Assembly: GCA_963749655.1 (NCBI GenBank) | Contig: CAVVOB010000018.1 | Coordinates: 128,001-192,000, forward strand | Length of the DNA stretch: 64,000 nucleotides | Reading direction: 5' to 3' | Origin: Nitrospirota bacterium | Lineage (GTDB): Bacteria > Nitrospirota > UBA9217 | Shown: positions 8,704 to 18,057 of the stretch, piece after piece | How the letters are laid out: every line of letters starts with the position of its first letter | Position numbering within the stretch: the stretch's first letter is position 1 | Notes under the pieces: model-generated | Seen by the model: the letters and a program-made list of their open reading frames with translations, nothing else | The model's database searches: none | Told to the model about the DNA's origin: nothing | Position numbers and translations under genes: made by a program

Positions 8704-10336
8704 TGTGATTAAAAATAATCGTCCCCCAGGACAGGGCAGGCCTGCCGTAGTCCGGGACGGTTATCTCCATGTCTCCGTAGCAATAGGGGTACTCTTTTCT
8801 CATACGCTCGACCGGCACCATCCAGCGGTATCCGTCGACGATGAGAACAAGCCCGCCGACGATCAGCAGACCGTTGAAAATGGTCCAGCCCACGGAGGCC
8901 ACGCCGAAATAAACCAGGAGGCCCGCTCCCACCGACGTAATGCTCATGCCCGTCCTGATGTAGGCCAGTCCCGTCCGAGCAACGGCCATGATCGTGCGAA
9001 GCCTGGCCATGACGCCCCGGCGGTCGGCCAGCACGGTCCGCTCCAGTGCAACACCCGTCGTGCCCCAGATGCCGGGCATCTGGCTTGCAGTGACCGGCGG
9101 TCCGGCCTTGTCTTTCTTTGAACCCAAGCGTTTGTGGCCGGGAGGGAATACAAGATCCCAGATGGTCTCCTTGTTGAGCACGTCAAGAACGGACCGGTAG
9201 CCTTCAAGGCCTGCCTTGCGGCCCCCAAAGTACCAGTGGAACCCCTCCGCGGACATGAGAATGCCGGCGATGATCAGGGAAACGTCGAAGAACGTCCACC
9301 CGCTCGCTGAAAACTGTCTCAGGAGCCCGATGCCGAGGCCGGTGAAGGCAATGCCGGTCCTGGTAAAGGCCAGTCCCGTCCTGGCCCGGGCGAGCTTTGT
9401 CCGGTGGCCGGCAAGGGACGTCCGTTCCTCCGCCATATCGGTCCGGTCGCTGGCCAGAAATCTCCTTCTCATGACCGGGGAAAGGTTCTCCCATCCCGCC
9501 CTGAGTTCCGTTGCGCCCTCCATCTCTCCCGTGCGGCTGAAGGACGGATGTCCATTGATCAGATCATCGCGGAGAACGCAGCTGCCCCAGGTGGGATTCG
9601 TCCGCGCGCCGTCGATCGGTTTGCCGGCTATTCTTCTCGCAGGCAGGTACCACTTGATCCCGTCATAGACCATGATGATCCCCGCTACGAGGAGCGGCGC
9701 TTCCAGGGCCGCGTACCATCCCGCGCCGAGCACGCGCAGGAACAGGAGGGCGATCACGATGAACGAGACGCCGGTCCGGATAAAGGCGAGCCCGGTCCTG
9801 CCCTTCGCGAACAGGGTGCGGTAATGGGCATAGGTCGAGCGGCGGTAGGCAAAGAGCGTCCGCACGCGCGCAAGCGGCGTCCGTCCGCCGGAAATGCAGA
9901 AGTTGGGGTTTACGTCGAAATTGTGCTCTATGATGCGGATGAGGTCCGAGGGAAGAGCTACGCGGAAATCGATCTGTTCAACGCCGAGTGTCCGCTTGAT
10001 GTCTTCAGCCACACGAGGGTCATCAGGACGACAGGCGACGACTTCGGCCCGCCTCTCCCTGACCGAAAGAGGGAACCACAGGGCTTTCTTTTGATGTTCC
10101 AGGTCGAGCCTCAGAACGATAAAATAGGACGCGACGACGCCTTCGTCGAATTCAACGAAGGGAAGGCCGTAGTAGGCCGCCAGGCTTAAGAGGATCTCGT
10201 GCTTTGGTATGCCCTTGTTCACGAGGAGCTCTTCGATCGCTGCGCCGGACCCCTTCGCATCCTGCTCCAGCTTTGTCAGGTCCTCAAGCGGGAGCAATCC
10301 CCGCTTAACCAGCCTATGATATCTCATCACTTTCAT
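8693..10336 (-). CDS. GspE-N/MshEN-like domain + 3 DUF202-like membrane repeats (start uncertain, 10327-10450)
   Basis: N-terminal LVKRGLLPLEDL...LAAYYGLPFVEFD; three heptad runs ending RTGLA(F/Y)xRTG, each followed by 2 TM helices; overlaps the next gene by 11 nt. Confidence 0.75.
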   Translation of the reverse strand: MKVMRYHRLVKRGLLPLEDLTKLEQDAKGSGAAIEELLVNKGIPKHEILLSLAAYYGLPFVEFDEGVVASYFIVLRLDLEHQKKALWFPLSVRERRAEVVACRPDDPRVAEDIKRTLGVEQIDFRVALPSDLIRIIEHNFDVNPNFCISGGRTPLARVRTLFAYRRSTYAHYRTLFAKGRTGLAFIRTGVSFIVIALLFLRVLGAGWYAALEAPLLVAGIIMVYDGIKWYLPARRIAGKPIDGARTNPTWGSCVLRDDLINGHPSFSRTGEMEGATELRAGWENLSPVMRRRFLASDRTDMAEERTSLAGHRTKLARARTGLAFTRTGIAFTGLGIGLLRQFSASGWTFFDVSLIIAGILMSAEGFHWYFGGRKAGLEGYRSVLDVLNKETIWDLVFPPGHKRLGSKKDKAGPPVTASQMPGIWGTTGVALERTVLADRRGVMARLRTIMAVARTGLAYIRTGMSITSVGAGLLVYFGVASVGWTIFNGLLIVGGLVLIVDGYRWMVPVERMRKEYPYCYGDMEITVPDYGRPALSWGTIIFNHNEE

Positions 10337-10575
10337 CTTTTTCAGGATCGAATGATCACGCAACTGAGTGGGGGCAGGGCCTCGCTTCGGCCGGTCGGCA
10401 ACGGTCGGAAAGAATGGGAAGAGGCGCAAAGGCCTCTTCCCCATGCACATAACGGGGGATGTCTGCTGCCCGTACTCGGCAGCCGTGCAAAGAACAAAAC
10501 CTCGTATTATTCCAGTCGAGAAACCGGAACAGTCCGGGTCACACCTTCTTCGTTGTCGCGGTCCGAGCGAGCACC

Positions 10576-10767
10576 TCAGGCCTGTTTGCCGTCCTTGCGC
10601 TCGCTTGCCGACGGTCCGTCCTGGCCGTCCTTCATGGCCTTTTTGAATTCCCTGATGCCCCTGCCAAGGCCCTCTCCGAGCTCGGGGAGCTTTCCCGGAC
10701 CGAATATGATCAGTACGATAAAAAGGATCAGCAGCAGATGCATCGGTTGAAACATTCCTTCAAACAT
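10576..10767 (-). CDS. tatA: Twin-arginine translocase subunit TatA/E
   Basis: [26 protein letters not shown] signature. Confidence 0.92.
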   Translation of the reverse strand: MFEGMFQPMHLLLILFIVLIIFGPGKLPELGEGLGRGIREFKKAMKDGQDGPSASERKDGKQA

Positions 10768-10853
10768 GATTCATACCCGCTTTTCTTCGCTGCAGAACGG
10801 CGCGCGGCCGGACTGCGGCGATCGATGGTGAACGGAAACCCTGTTCCCGCCCG

Positions 10854-11276
10854 CTACACTCCCACAACAAACACGGGGCACGTTGCCCGGTCGATGACCT
10901 TCTCCACCACATGGTCCCCGAAGAGGCGGCTCAGAATGCCCTTTTTCTTCTTGGAGCCCATGATGATGAGGTCGCACCGCTCTTCCCGGGCGACTTCCAC
11001 GATCCGGTCCGGGACATCGCCGGTCTCCAGGCGTGTTTTTACCATGGCGTTCTCGGCGGCAGCAATCTCGCTGATGTCCGCAACGGCCTTGGCTGCACCG
11101 TCGTCCAGGACGTCGTGCAGGTTCTTGATGCCCGTAAGATTGAGCTCGCCGTCAAAGGGCCGGAGCACCTTGACGACGGTGATCCATGTTCTTTCGTCTT
11201 TTGCGAGCTTGATGCCCTGCTTCAGGACCTCCCGGGAGCCGTTCAAAGCGATCAATACTTTTCTATAGCCTTTCAT
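10854..11276 (-). CDS. Universal stress protein (single domain)
   Basis: YRKVLIALNGS ... DLIIMGS ... FGDHVVEKVIDRATCPVFVV. Confidence 0.9.
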   Translation of the reverse strand: MKGYRKVLIALNGSREVLKQGIKLAKDERTWITVVKVLRPFDGELNLTGIKNLHDVLDDGAAKAVADISEIAAAENAMVKTRLETGDVPDRIVEVAREERCDLIIMGSKKKKGILSRLFGDHVVEKVIDRATCPVFVVGV

Positions 11277-11474
11277 GTTCTAACTCCTCTGGAGCATAGT
11301 GCATGAGAACACTAGCCTGCATAGAGCATGGTGCATGGAGCATTAAAATACAGTTTTTAGTCGTGAGTCGTGAGTTTTTAGTTATTCCCGCTGTTATCTT
11401 CCGACTCGAAACTAAAAACTACAAACTCAAAACTAAGCACTCATAACTGCCCTTGGTCTCTCTGCTCTCTGCCC

Positions 11475-12338
11475 TCACTTCACGATCAATATCGGACAGG
11501 AGGCATGAGCAATGACCCGCTCCGCCGTACTGCCCATGAGCGCCTTGTTGACCCCGCGCCAGCCGTGCGTTCCGACGACGATCAGGTCGTGATCCTTTGT
11601 CTCGGCCGCTTCGACGATCTTGTCTCCCGAGTGGCCTTCCATGACCGAGGTCGTTACCTCGACGCCCAGCCCCGAGGCGATGCCCCGGGCGACGGCGACG
11701 ATCTTATCCGCTTCCTGCATCAGGCTTTTCCTGACAGCGTCGGTCTTGAAAAAGTCCATCATCTCTTCGTAGCGAGGGATCACATAGAGGACCGATACTT
11801 TTGCTCCGTCCACCTTTGACAGGGCACAGGCCCGGGTCAGCGCTTTCCTGCTCGATTCCGAGCCGTCGAAGGGCACGAGCAGGGAGCGGTAGTTGCCGCT
11901 GCATTTCGAGCAGGGCCGCTTCACTACGAGCACGTCGCAGGGCGCGCTGAGGATGACCTGCGAGGTCACGCTGCCCATGAGCAGCCGCTTCAGGCCCTTC
12001 CTGCCGTAGGTGCCGAGGGCGATCAGGTCCGCATGATTCGTCTCCGCTGTTTCCACGAGCACCTGGGGAGGCTCTCCCTGGCAGACGAACGAATCGACAT
12101 TGCCGTTCAAACCGAATTCATCATGGATCCCGGTTTTTGCCCGCCGGCAGATCTGCGTGCCGATCTCGAAGCGTTGTTCCATCTGAGAGGGCAGGATTGC
12201 GAACTCCTCCTGGTCGAAATAGACCGCATGGACCAGGAAAAGCTTCCCTCCGTGTTGTTTTATCCAGAGCGACGATTCTTTGACCGCCGCTTTGCTCGAT
12301 TCCGACTCGTCGAATCCGACCACGATGGTGTTATACAT
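11475..12338 (-). CDS. Tandem universal stress protein
   Basis: Two USP domains, GTYGRKGLKRLLMGSV and GTHGWRGVNKALMGST. Confidence 0.92.
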   Translation of the reverse strand: MYNTIVVGFDESESSKAAVKESSLWIKQHGGKLFLVHAVYFDQEEFAILPSQMEQRFEIGTQICRRAKTGIHDEFGLNGNVDSFVCQGEPPQVLVETAETNHADLIALGTYGRKGLKRLLMGSVTSQVILSAPCDVLVVKRPCSKCSGNYRSLLVPFDGSESSRKALTRACALSKVDGAKVSVLYVIPRYEEMMDFFKTDAVRKSLMQEADKIVAVARGIASGLGVEVTTSVMEGHSGDKIVEAAETKDHDLIVVGTHGWRGVNKALMGSTAERVIAHASCPILIVK

Positions 12339-13137
12339 CAGTGAGAACCTCCGCCTTTCCTGAACACCAGCCCCACGCCGAAACCTGCTACCAGGGCGAT
12401 GCCGATGGAGAGGACACCGTAGAGAGCCGCGCTGTTCTTGGCCATGTTCGCCAGGGCCTTGACCATGCCGACCTGCTCCACATTCACCTTGGACTCGGCC
12501 TGCTCGATGACCTTGCCGTTCTTGACCGCGTAGACCGTGACAAGGTAATCGCCGGGCGCGGCCTGGTAGGGCCAGTCGGTCACGATGGAATACTCCTGCC
12601 TGCCTTTGTCGTTCCGGTCGTCGTGATCTTGCCGTAGGACGTGACGTAGACCTTCGAGTCCTCCTTGAACTTCACGAACTCGTTGAACCACGTCGCTTTG
12701 TCCGCTTCGTTCGAAAGCGGATTGATCTCGACATGCTTCTGGAGAGAAGGATACCCGATCACGAATCTGTCCCTCTCTTCAGGGCTGAGGATATCCTCCA
12801 CCTTCTTAGTGCTGAAGACTTCGTAAAAATTCGGCGTGTTCTCGAACTTCAGCTGCCCCACGTTCATCCAGAGCGCACCCGCCACCTTGCCCTTCTGTTT
12901 CAGAACCTGGTGCCCCTCGGGCGATGCGATCTTGATGACCAGGTCCATGTTGGGGTCCGATTCTCCCCTGACGGACACGGTGCTGCCGTGATAGAAGAAG
13001 TCGACGGTGATGTGGTCATGGTTCGCCTTGGCCGTCAGCATGGCCGAAGCAGTGTTCGCCATTCCAAAAGTAATGATAAGCGCCAATACGGCGATCATCA
13101 TAATTCCGCATTCCGCATTCCGAATTCCGAATTTCAT
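12338..13137 (-). CDS. TIGR02186-like membrane protein, partner of TauE; frameshift near 12600-12630
   Basis: ITVDFFYHGSTVSVRG and KGKVAGALWMN in one frame; PGDYLVTVYAVKNG and a C-terminal TM ending FRKGGGSH in another; directly downstream of TauE. Confidence 0.8.
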
Positions 13138-14066
13138 CAGTGTCCTCCTACCTGTGAGAGAAGTAATGACGGTGTCAGCGTCAGTTCGAACACGATCTTT
13201 ACGGTCACCACGAGAACGATGACGGCGAGGAGGATCTTGAGCTGCTCGCCCTTCAGCTTCCTGCCCAGCACGGTGCCGACCTGCGCGCCGAACGTCGAGC
13301 CCACGAGAAGCAGCACGGCAAGCGTGAAGTCCACGCTGTGGTTCGTGTAGGCCTGGAGGAAGGTCACTTCAATGCAGGTGAAAAGGATCTGGAACAGGCT
13401 GGTCCCCACCACCACGTGCATGGGCATCCGGAGCATGTAGACCATGACCGGGACCATCAGGAAGCCGCCTCCCACGCCCATGATCGCCGCCAGAATGCCG
13501 ACGAAGGTGCCCAGGACGATCGGTACCAGGGCCGAATGGGTCACGCCGGATTTCTCGAAGCGGGTCTGGAGCGGAAGGGACTTGAGGAAACGGCCCACGC
13601 CGGACTCCTTTTCCGCTTTGTCCGTGTTGTCCTGCACCGCGGTCTTGCTCTTCCGCATGCTCTGCAGGCTCTCAATGAACATGTAGATGCCCACGATCCC
13701 GAGCATCAGCACGTAGGTCATCTTGATGACGAAATCGGCGTTGCCCATGGCGTGCAGGACCTTGATGGCCTGGACGCCGACGATGCCGCCGAGAAATCCG
13801 CCCACGAGGAGATAGAGACCCATCTTGAAGTCCACGTTGCCCACCTTCCAGTGAGCATAGGTGCCCGAGGTGGACGCAGCCACGATCTGGTTGGAATCTG
13901 TTGCCGCGGCAACGGTCGACGGAATGCCGAACATGATGAGAAGAGGCGTCAGCAGGAAGCCGCCGCCCACGCCGAACAGGCCGGACAGCAGCCCCACTAC
14001 CAGCCCGAGCCCCACGGGGATCAGGATGTTGATGCTTGTCAATGCTACGGGTAGGTACAGGTACAT
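13137..14066 (-). CDS. TauE/SafE (TSUP) family sulfur-anion exporter
   Basis: LSGLFGVGGGFLLTP, MGVGGGFLMVP, VVGTSLFQI; start MYLYLPV after SD AAGGAG. Confidence 0.92.
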   Translation of the reverse strand: MYLYLPVALTSINILIPVGLGLVVGLLSGLFGVGGGFLLTPLLIMFGIPSTVAAATDSNQIVAASTSGTYAHWKVGNVDFKMGLYLLVGGFLGGIVGVQAIKVLHAMGNADFVIKMTYVLMLGIVGIYMFIESLQSMRKSKTAVQDNTDKAEKESGVGRFLKSLPLQTRFEKSGVTHSALVPIVLGTFVGILAAIMGVGGGFLMVPVMVYMLRMPMHVVVGTSLFQILFTCIEVTFLQAYTNHSVDFTLAVLLLVGSTFGAQVGTVLGRKLKGEQLKILLAVIVLVVTVKIVFELTLTPSLLLSQVGGH

Positions 14067-14146
14067 TCTCCACTCCTTATAGATGAGATTAAATGCTGTA
14101 ATGCTTGCTGCGCTTGGTTTGCACTGTTTCGGTTCATGCGCCCGCT

Positions 14147-14623
14147 TTACGCCACGGCGTCGGCATGTTTGACCATGGTGACGATCGGCCGCGATGCGGT
14201 CTTGACCAGCCGCTTGAGCTCTTTCGACGAGATGTCGCCGTTCTCGGTGATGCTCGGGCTCAGGAGCACCATGTCGATGGAGTTGTTCTGCTTCAAAAAC
14301 TCCTTCAGGGACGATACGGCGTCGTGGACTGCCGTATACACAGCTGTGGCCATTCCCGACTGTCGGCACTTCTCCTCCAGCATGCGGGGCAGGTCGTCCT
14401 CCGCTTCCGATGCCTCCATGATCTGCCGCGCCGTGTCCTGTTCTCCGGCTTCGGCAAAGGTCACAGCGGTCATAATGTTCTCGAACTTGTCGGCAAGCCG
14501 TTTCTTGTTGACCAGCAAGATGGCCATGCCTTTGTCGGTCATTTTCGCCAGGTCAAGAGCATAGGACAGGTCCTGGCCAAAATCACCATCACGATAGGTC
14601 ACAAATAAGAGATTCCGTTTCAT
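14147..14623 (-). CDS. USP-like hypothetical protein with an AVTFAEAGE motif
   Basis: First gene after the sigma54 promoter; paralog of 20410-21015 (LLFVTYRD ... LVKTASRPIVTM). Confidence 0.8.
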   Translation of the reverse strand: MKRNLLFVTYRDGDFGQDLSYALDLAKMTDKGMAILLVNKKRLADKFENIMTAVTFAEAGEQDTARQIMEASEAEDDLPRMLEEKCRQSGMATAVYTAVHDAVSSLKEFLKQNNSIDMVLLSPSITENGDISSKELKRLVKTASRPIVTMVKHADAVA

Positions 14624-14659
14624 CGCACCCTCCTGCAAAGTTATTTGATATAGTAGAGA

Positions 14660-14692
14660 GCACGAATGATGCCTGAATGTAATTATTTGATT
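14660..14692 (-). promoter_or_regulatory. sigma54 promoter with adjacent IHF site
   Basis: Minus strand AGGCATCATTCGTGC (GG-N10-GC) at 14660-14674; AATCAAATAATTA (WATCAANNNNTTR) at 14680-14692. Confidence 0.75.
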
Positions 14693-14877
14693 TATAAGGA
14701 TTTATCAGACAGAGGGAGCAGGCGTGTTTAGAATATGAACATATCCTTTTGTAGGATATAGTTGGAGGAGTCTGCTGATGCTGTTATTAAGTTATTGTTA
14801 TAAGAAGAGAAATGCTTTATGCGGAATGACTGTGCGGAAAAAAAACATGACGTTTATAATATGAACACGGTGAACAA

Positions 14878-16209
14878 TTAATCCTCCTTAAGCAGTTTCC
14901 AGAGGCTGGTTCTGGAAATTCCGAGCATCTCGGCAGCCTTTGATCTGTTTCCATTGACCATCTTCACGACCTTTTCCGCGTAGTCCTTGATGAGCTCGTC
15001 CACGGTCTGAATGCGTCCGGGATCAAAGGTCTCGATCTGAAGCACCCGGATTCCCTGCGGCAGACTCTCGGGCGTGATGAGAGGACTTTTTTCGATGATG
15101 ATGGCGCGTTCGATGATATTTTCCAGCTCCCGCACATTGCCCGGGAAACTGTAGTGCTGCAGGATGTCCATTGCATCGTCGGAAAAACCGGTAATCTTCT
15201 TGCGGGACTTGGGCAGATGCTTCTGGAGAAAGTAGTCGCTCAGGGGCTTGATGTCGTCCTGCCGGTCGCGCAGCGGCGAAATGAACATTTCGATGATGTT
15301 CATGCGGTAGTAGAGGTCCTCGCGGAACCTGTTCTCCGCAATGAGGCTCTTCACGTTCTGGTTCGTGGCCGCAATGAACCGCACGTCTACGGACTGCTGC
15401 TTTGTACCCCCCACGCGGTAGAACTCCCCTTCTTCGACGACCTTGAGCAGCTTAGCCTGGAGGTTCGGCGACAGCTCCGCTATCTCGTCAAGGAACAGCG
15501 TTCCGGTGTCGGCAATCTCGACCAGCCCCTGCTTGGTGGAAACGGCGCCGGTGAATGCGCCCTTCTCATGGCCGAACAGTTCGCTGGCAAGCAGGTCCTC
15601 TGTCAGCGTCGCGCAGTTGATCGAAAGAAAAGGCATGTTCTTCCGCCTGCTCGTAAAATGGATGATCTTGGCCACGAGGCTCTTGCCGACGCCCGTCTCT
15701 CCGGTCAGGAAGAGGTTGACGTCCGAGTCCTTGATCCCTTCGATCGTGTCCAGGATGTGTTTCATCTTCGCGCTCTTGGCAATTATGCGGACCTCCTTGT
15801 CCATGCCGTAGTAGGTCCGGAGCGCGATGTTCTCTCGACGAAGGATCTTCTGGTCGTGGATCTTCTTCACCCGGAGCGCCAGCTCATCGAGGTCAAAGGG
15901 TTTGGTGATATAATCGATCGCGCCCTTCCGCATGGCGTCAACGGCGGAGCCGATGCTGCCGAAACCCGTAATGATGATCACGTCCGTGGAAGGGCTTTTT
16001 TCCTTCATCGTGTCAAGCAGCTCGATGCCGCCGAGGCCCGGCATCTTGATGTCCGTGATCAGGACCTCGAACTGCTCCTTTTCAAGCCGCTGGACCGCCT
16101 CGATGCCGTTCCGCACTCCGGCAACGGCATACCCCTCGTCCCTGAGGGTTTCCACGAGATTGTTCAGGGTGATCTCTTCGTCTTCCGCTATGAGGACTTT
16201 AAAGGCCAT
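14878..16209 (-). CDS. sigma54-dependent NtrC-family response regulator
   Basis: REC domain, [31 protein letters not shown], Fis-type HTH. Confidence 0.95.
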   Translation of the reverse strand: MAFKVLIAEDEEITLNNLVETLRDEGYAVAGVRNGIEAVQRLEKEQFEVLITDIKMPGLGGIELLDTMKEKSPSTDVIIITGFGSIGSAVDAMRKGAIDYITKPFDLDELALRVKKIHDQKILRRENIALRTYYGMDKEVRIIAKSAKMKHILDTIEGIKDSDVNLFLTGETGVGKSLVAKIIHFTSRRKNMPFLSINCATLTEDLLASELFGHEKGAFTGAVSTKQGLVEIADTGTLFLDEIAELSPNLQAKLLKVVEEGEFYRVGGTKQQSVDVRFIAATNQNVKSLIAENRFREDLYYRMNIIEMFISPLRDRQDDIKPLSDYFLQKHLPKSRKKITGFSDDAMDILQHYSFPGNVRELENIIERAIIIEKSPLITPESLPQGIRVLQIETFDPGRIQTVDELIKDYAEKVVKMVNGNRSKAAEMLGISRTSLWKLLKED

Positions 16210-16241
16210 ACAGTGTTTCCCCAAAAAATCGAGTATCAGAT

Positions 16242-16356
16242 AACCGCAGAGGCGCTGAGGCGCGGAGAACGACTTACATCATATCGTGATCCCTCGCGAG
16301 AACGGACTCTCACGCCTGCAGATTTTTTTCTCTGCGTCTCGGCGCCTCCGCGGTAA
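16242..16356. repeat. Palindromic element with 9-nt periodic arms (ACCGCAGAG family)
   Basis: ACCGCAGAGGCGCTGAGGCGCGGAGA ... TCTCTGCGTCTCGGCGCCTCCGCGGT; a related copy at 23023-23110. Confidence 0.8.
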
Positions 16357-16378
16357 GACTTCGGATGTCATGCATTCA

Positions 16379-17944
16379 TCAGATTTTATCCTGATCCGAT
16401 TTCGGCAGCGTGATCGTAAACTTCGTCCCCCTGCCTTCTTCGCTTTCGACCTCGATCTTGCCGTGGTGCTTCTGGACGATGTTGAACACGATGGCGAGGC
16501 CGAGCCCCGTGCCCCTGTTCTTGGTCGTATAGAACGGCTCGAACACCTTGTCCAGGGTCTCGCGAGACATGCCCGCGCCGGTATCGGCCACGGTGATCCG
16601 CACCTGGTGGTCCTCTTCCAGGGCGATGACGCTCAGGTCGCCCTTCCCGGGGATGGCATCCACGGCGTTCGTAAAAAGGTTGATGAACACCTGCTCCAGC
16701 TGTTCCTGGTCTGCGGAGAAGACGATCTCTTCAGGACGAAGCTCTACGAGGAACCGGACGCGGCCGGTGTCCACTTGGTCGCCGAGGTGCTTGTACACGC
16801 CGGCCACGAGGCTGCGCAGTTCCACCGGCCTCAGGTGCGGCTCCCGTCCCCGGGCAAACTCGAGAAGGTCGCCGACGATCCGTTTGACCCGGATGGCCTG
16901 GCCCAGGATGTCGTCCAGCCCTTTTATGATGAAAGGCGGAGCGTCGCCGCCGGTCTTCTTCGTCATCCGCTGGGCGGTGGTGTAGATATTGTTCAGCGGG
17001 TTGTTGAGCTCGTGCGCGACGCCCGCGGCGAGCGTCCCGATCGCCGCAAGCTTTTTGCTCTGGAGCAGCTCCTTCTCCCGCTGGACCAAGTGTTCTTCCA
17101 TGATGTTGAACTTCCGGATCAGCGTTTCCACTTCGTCGTGGCCGGCCCAGGCCCCCGGAAAGACCGGGATGGTGGAGAACGTGCCCTCCCCGGTCCGCTC
17201 CACGACGTCGGTCAGGCGCTGCAGGCGCCGCACGACGTTGCCGATGATGAAAAGAAACGTTCCGAAGCCGACGATCAGAAAGAGCGGGAAGAAGATGAGA
17301 ATGGCGTTCCGGGACCGGTGATTGAAGCTGTCGACCTTTTCCCGCGCCGTCCTGTCGAGCTCCTTGGACACAACCAGAATGTTCTCGCCCGTTTTCCTGA
17401 GCGAGGTTATTTCCGATTCGAGCCGCGTCAGCGACACGATGAACGGATGGTTCGCTCCAAGCGCAAAATTGTCCTGGAGATACTTCACATCCTCAAGAGG
17501 TTTGTCGAGAAAATTCGCCTCGACCAGCCGGCTGACCTTTTGATAGGCCGGCGACCGCTTCGTGAGTTTTTCCGATTCCTGTGATACGGCGTGGACGAGT
17601 TCCTCGATGGCATTGAACTGCACGCGATACTCCCGGATAAGCTGCTGCATCGCCGTGGTCCGGTTCGATGTCCTGAGCTGCGCGTCCGCCAGGGTGTTGT
17701 CCAGATCGTCGAGGTAGACGAAGATCGACTTCGTTTCCCCGCCCCCTTCCTGGGGGGCGTAGAGAAAGTAGTTCTTTTCGTGCCGCCTGAGCTGGAGGGA
17801 TTTGCTCCTGATCGTATCGGTCAGTTCGAGGAAGACGGTCTCGTTCCGTATCTCGACGAAATTGAGATACAGGAAGACCGAGAGCAGCCCGATGATGCTC
17901 GCGCTCAGAACGAAGCTGAGGATGATTTTTTTCTGTAACGACAT
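16379..17944 (-). CDS. Membrane sensor histidine kinase
   Basis: LQLRRHEKNYFLY, HAMP, GVAHELNNPL, GTGLGL. Confidence 0.93.
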   Translation of the reverse strand: MSLQKKIILSFVLSASIIGLLSVFLYLNFVEIRNETVFLELTDTIRSKSLQLRRHEKNYFLYAPQEGGGETKSIFVYLDDLDNTLADAQLRTSNRTTAMQQLIREYRVQFNAIEELVHAVSQESEKLTKRSPAYQKVSRLVEANFLDKPLEDVKYLQDNFALGANHPFIVSLTRLESEITSLRKTGENILVVSKELDRTAREKVDSFNHRSRNAILIFFPLFLIVGFGTFLFIIGNVVRRLQRLTDVVERTGEGTFSTIPVFPGAWAGHDEVETLIRKFNIMEEHLVQREKELLQSKKLAAIGTLAAGVAHELNNPLNNIYTTAQRMTKKTGGDAPPFIIKGLDDILGQAIRVKRIVGDLLEFARGREPHLRPVELRSLVAGVYKHLGDQVDTGRVRFLVELRPEEIVFSADQEQLEQVFINLFTNAVDAIPGKGDLSVIALEEDHQVRITVADTGAGMSRETLDKVFEPFYTTKNRGTGLGLAIVFNIVQKHHGKIEVESEEGRGTKFTITLPKSDQDKI

Positions 17945-18000
17945 GGCCGGACCCGCTCACTCACTGTATCACAGTCCAACCTTGCCGCGCAACCGAAAAT

Positions 18001-18040
18001 AAAAACGGCTGAAAGCGCAGCAGCGGCGCCTTCAGCCGTT
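18001..18040 (-). terminator. Rho-independent terminator
   Basis: AACGGCTGAA / TTCAGCCGTT stem with an A-tract on the plus strand. Confidence 0.65.
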
Positions 18041-18057
18041 CGTCGGACAATGAATAC

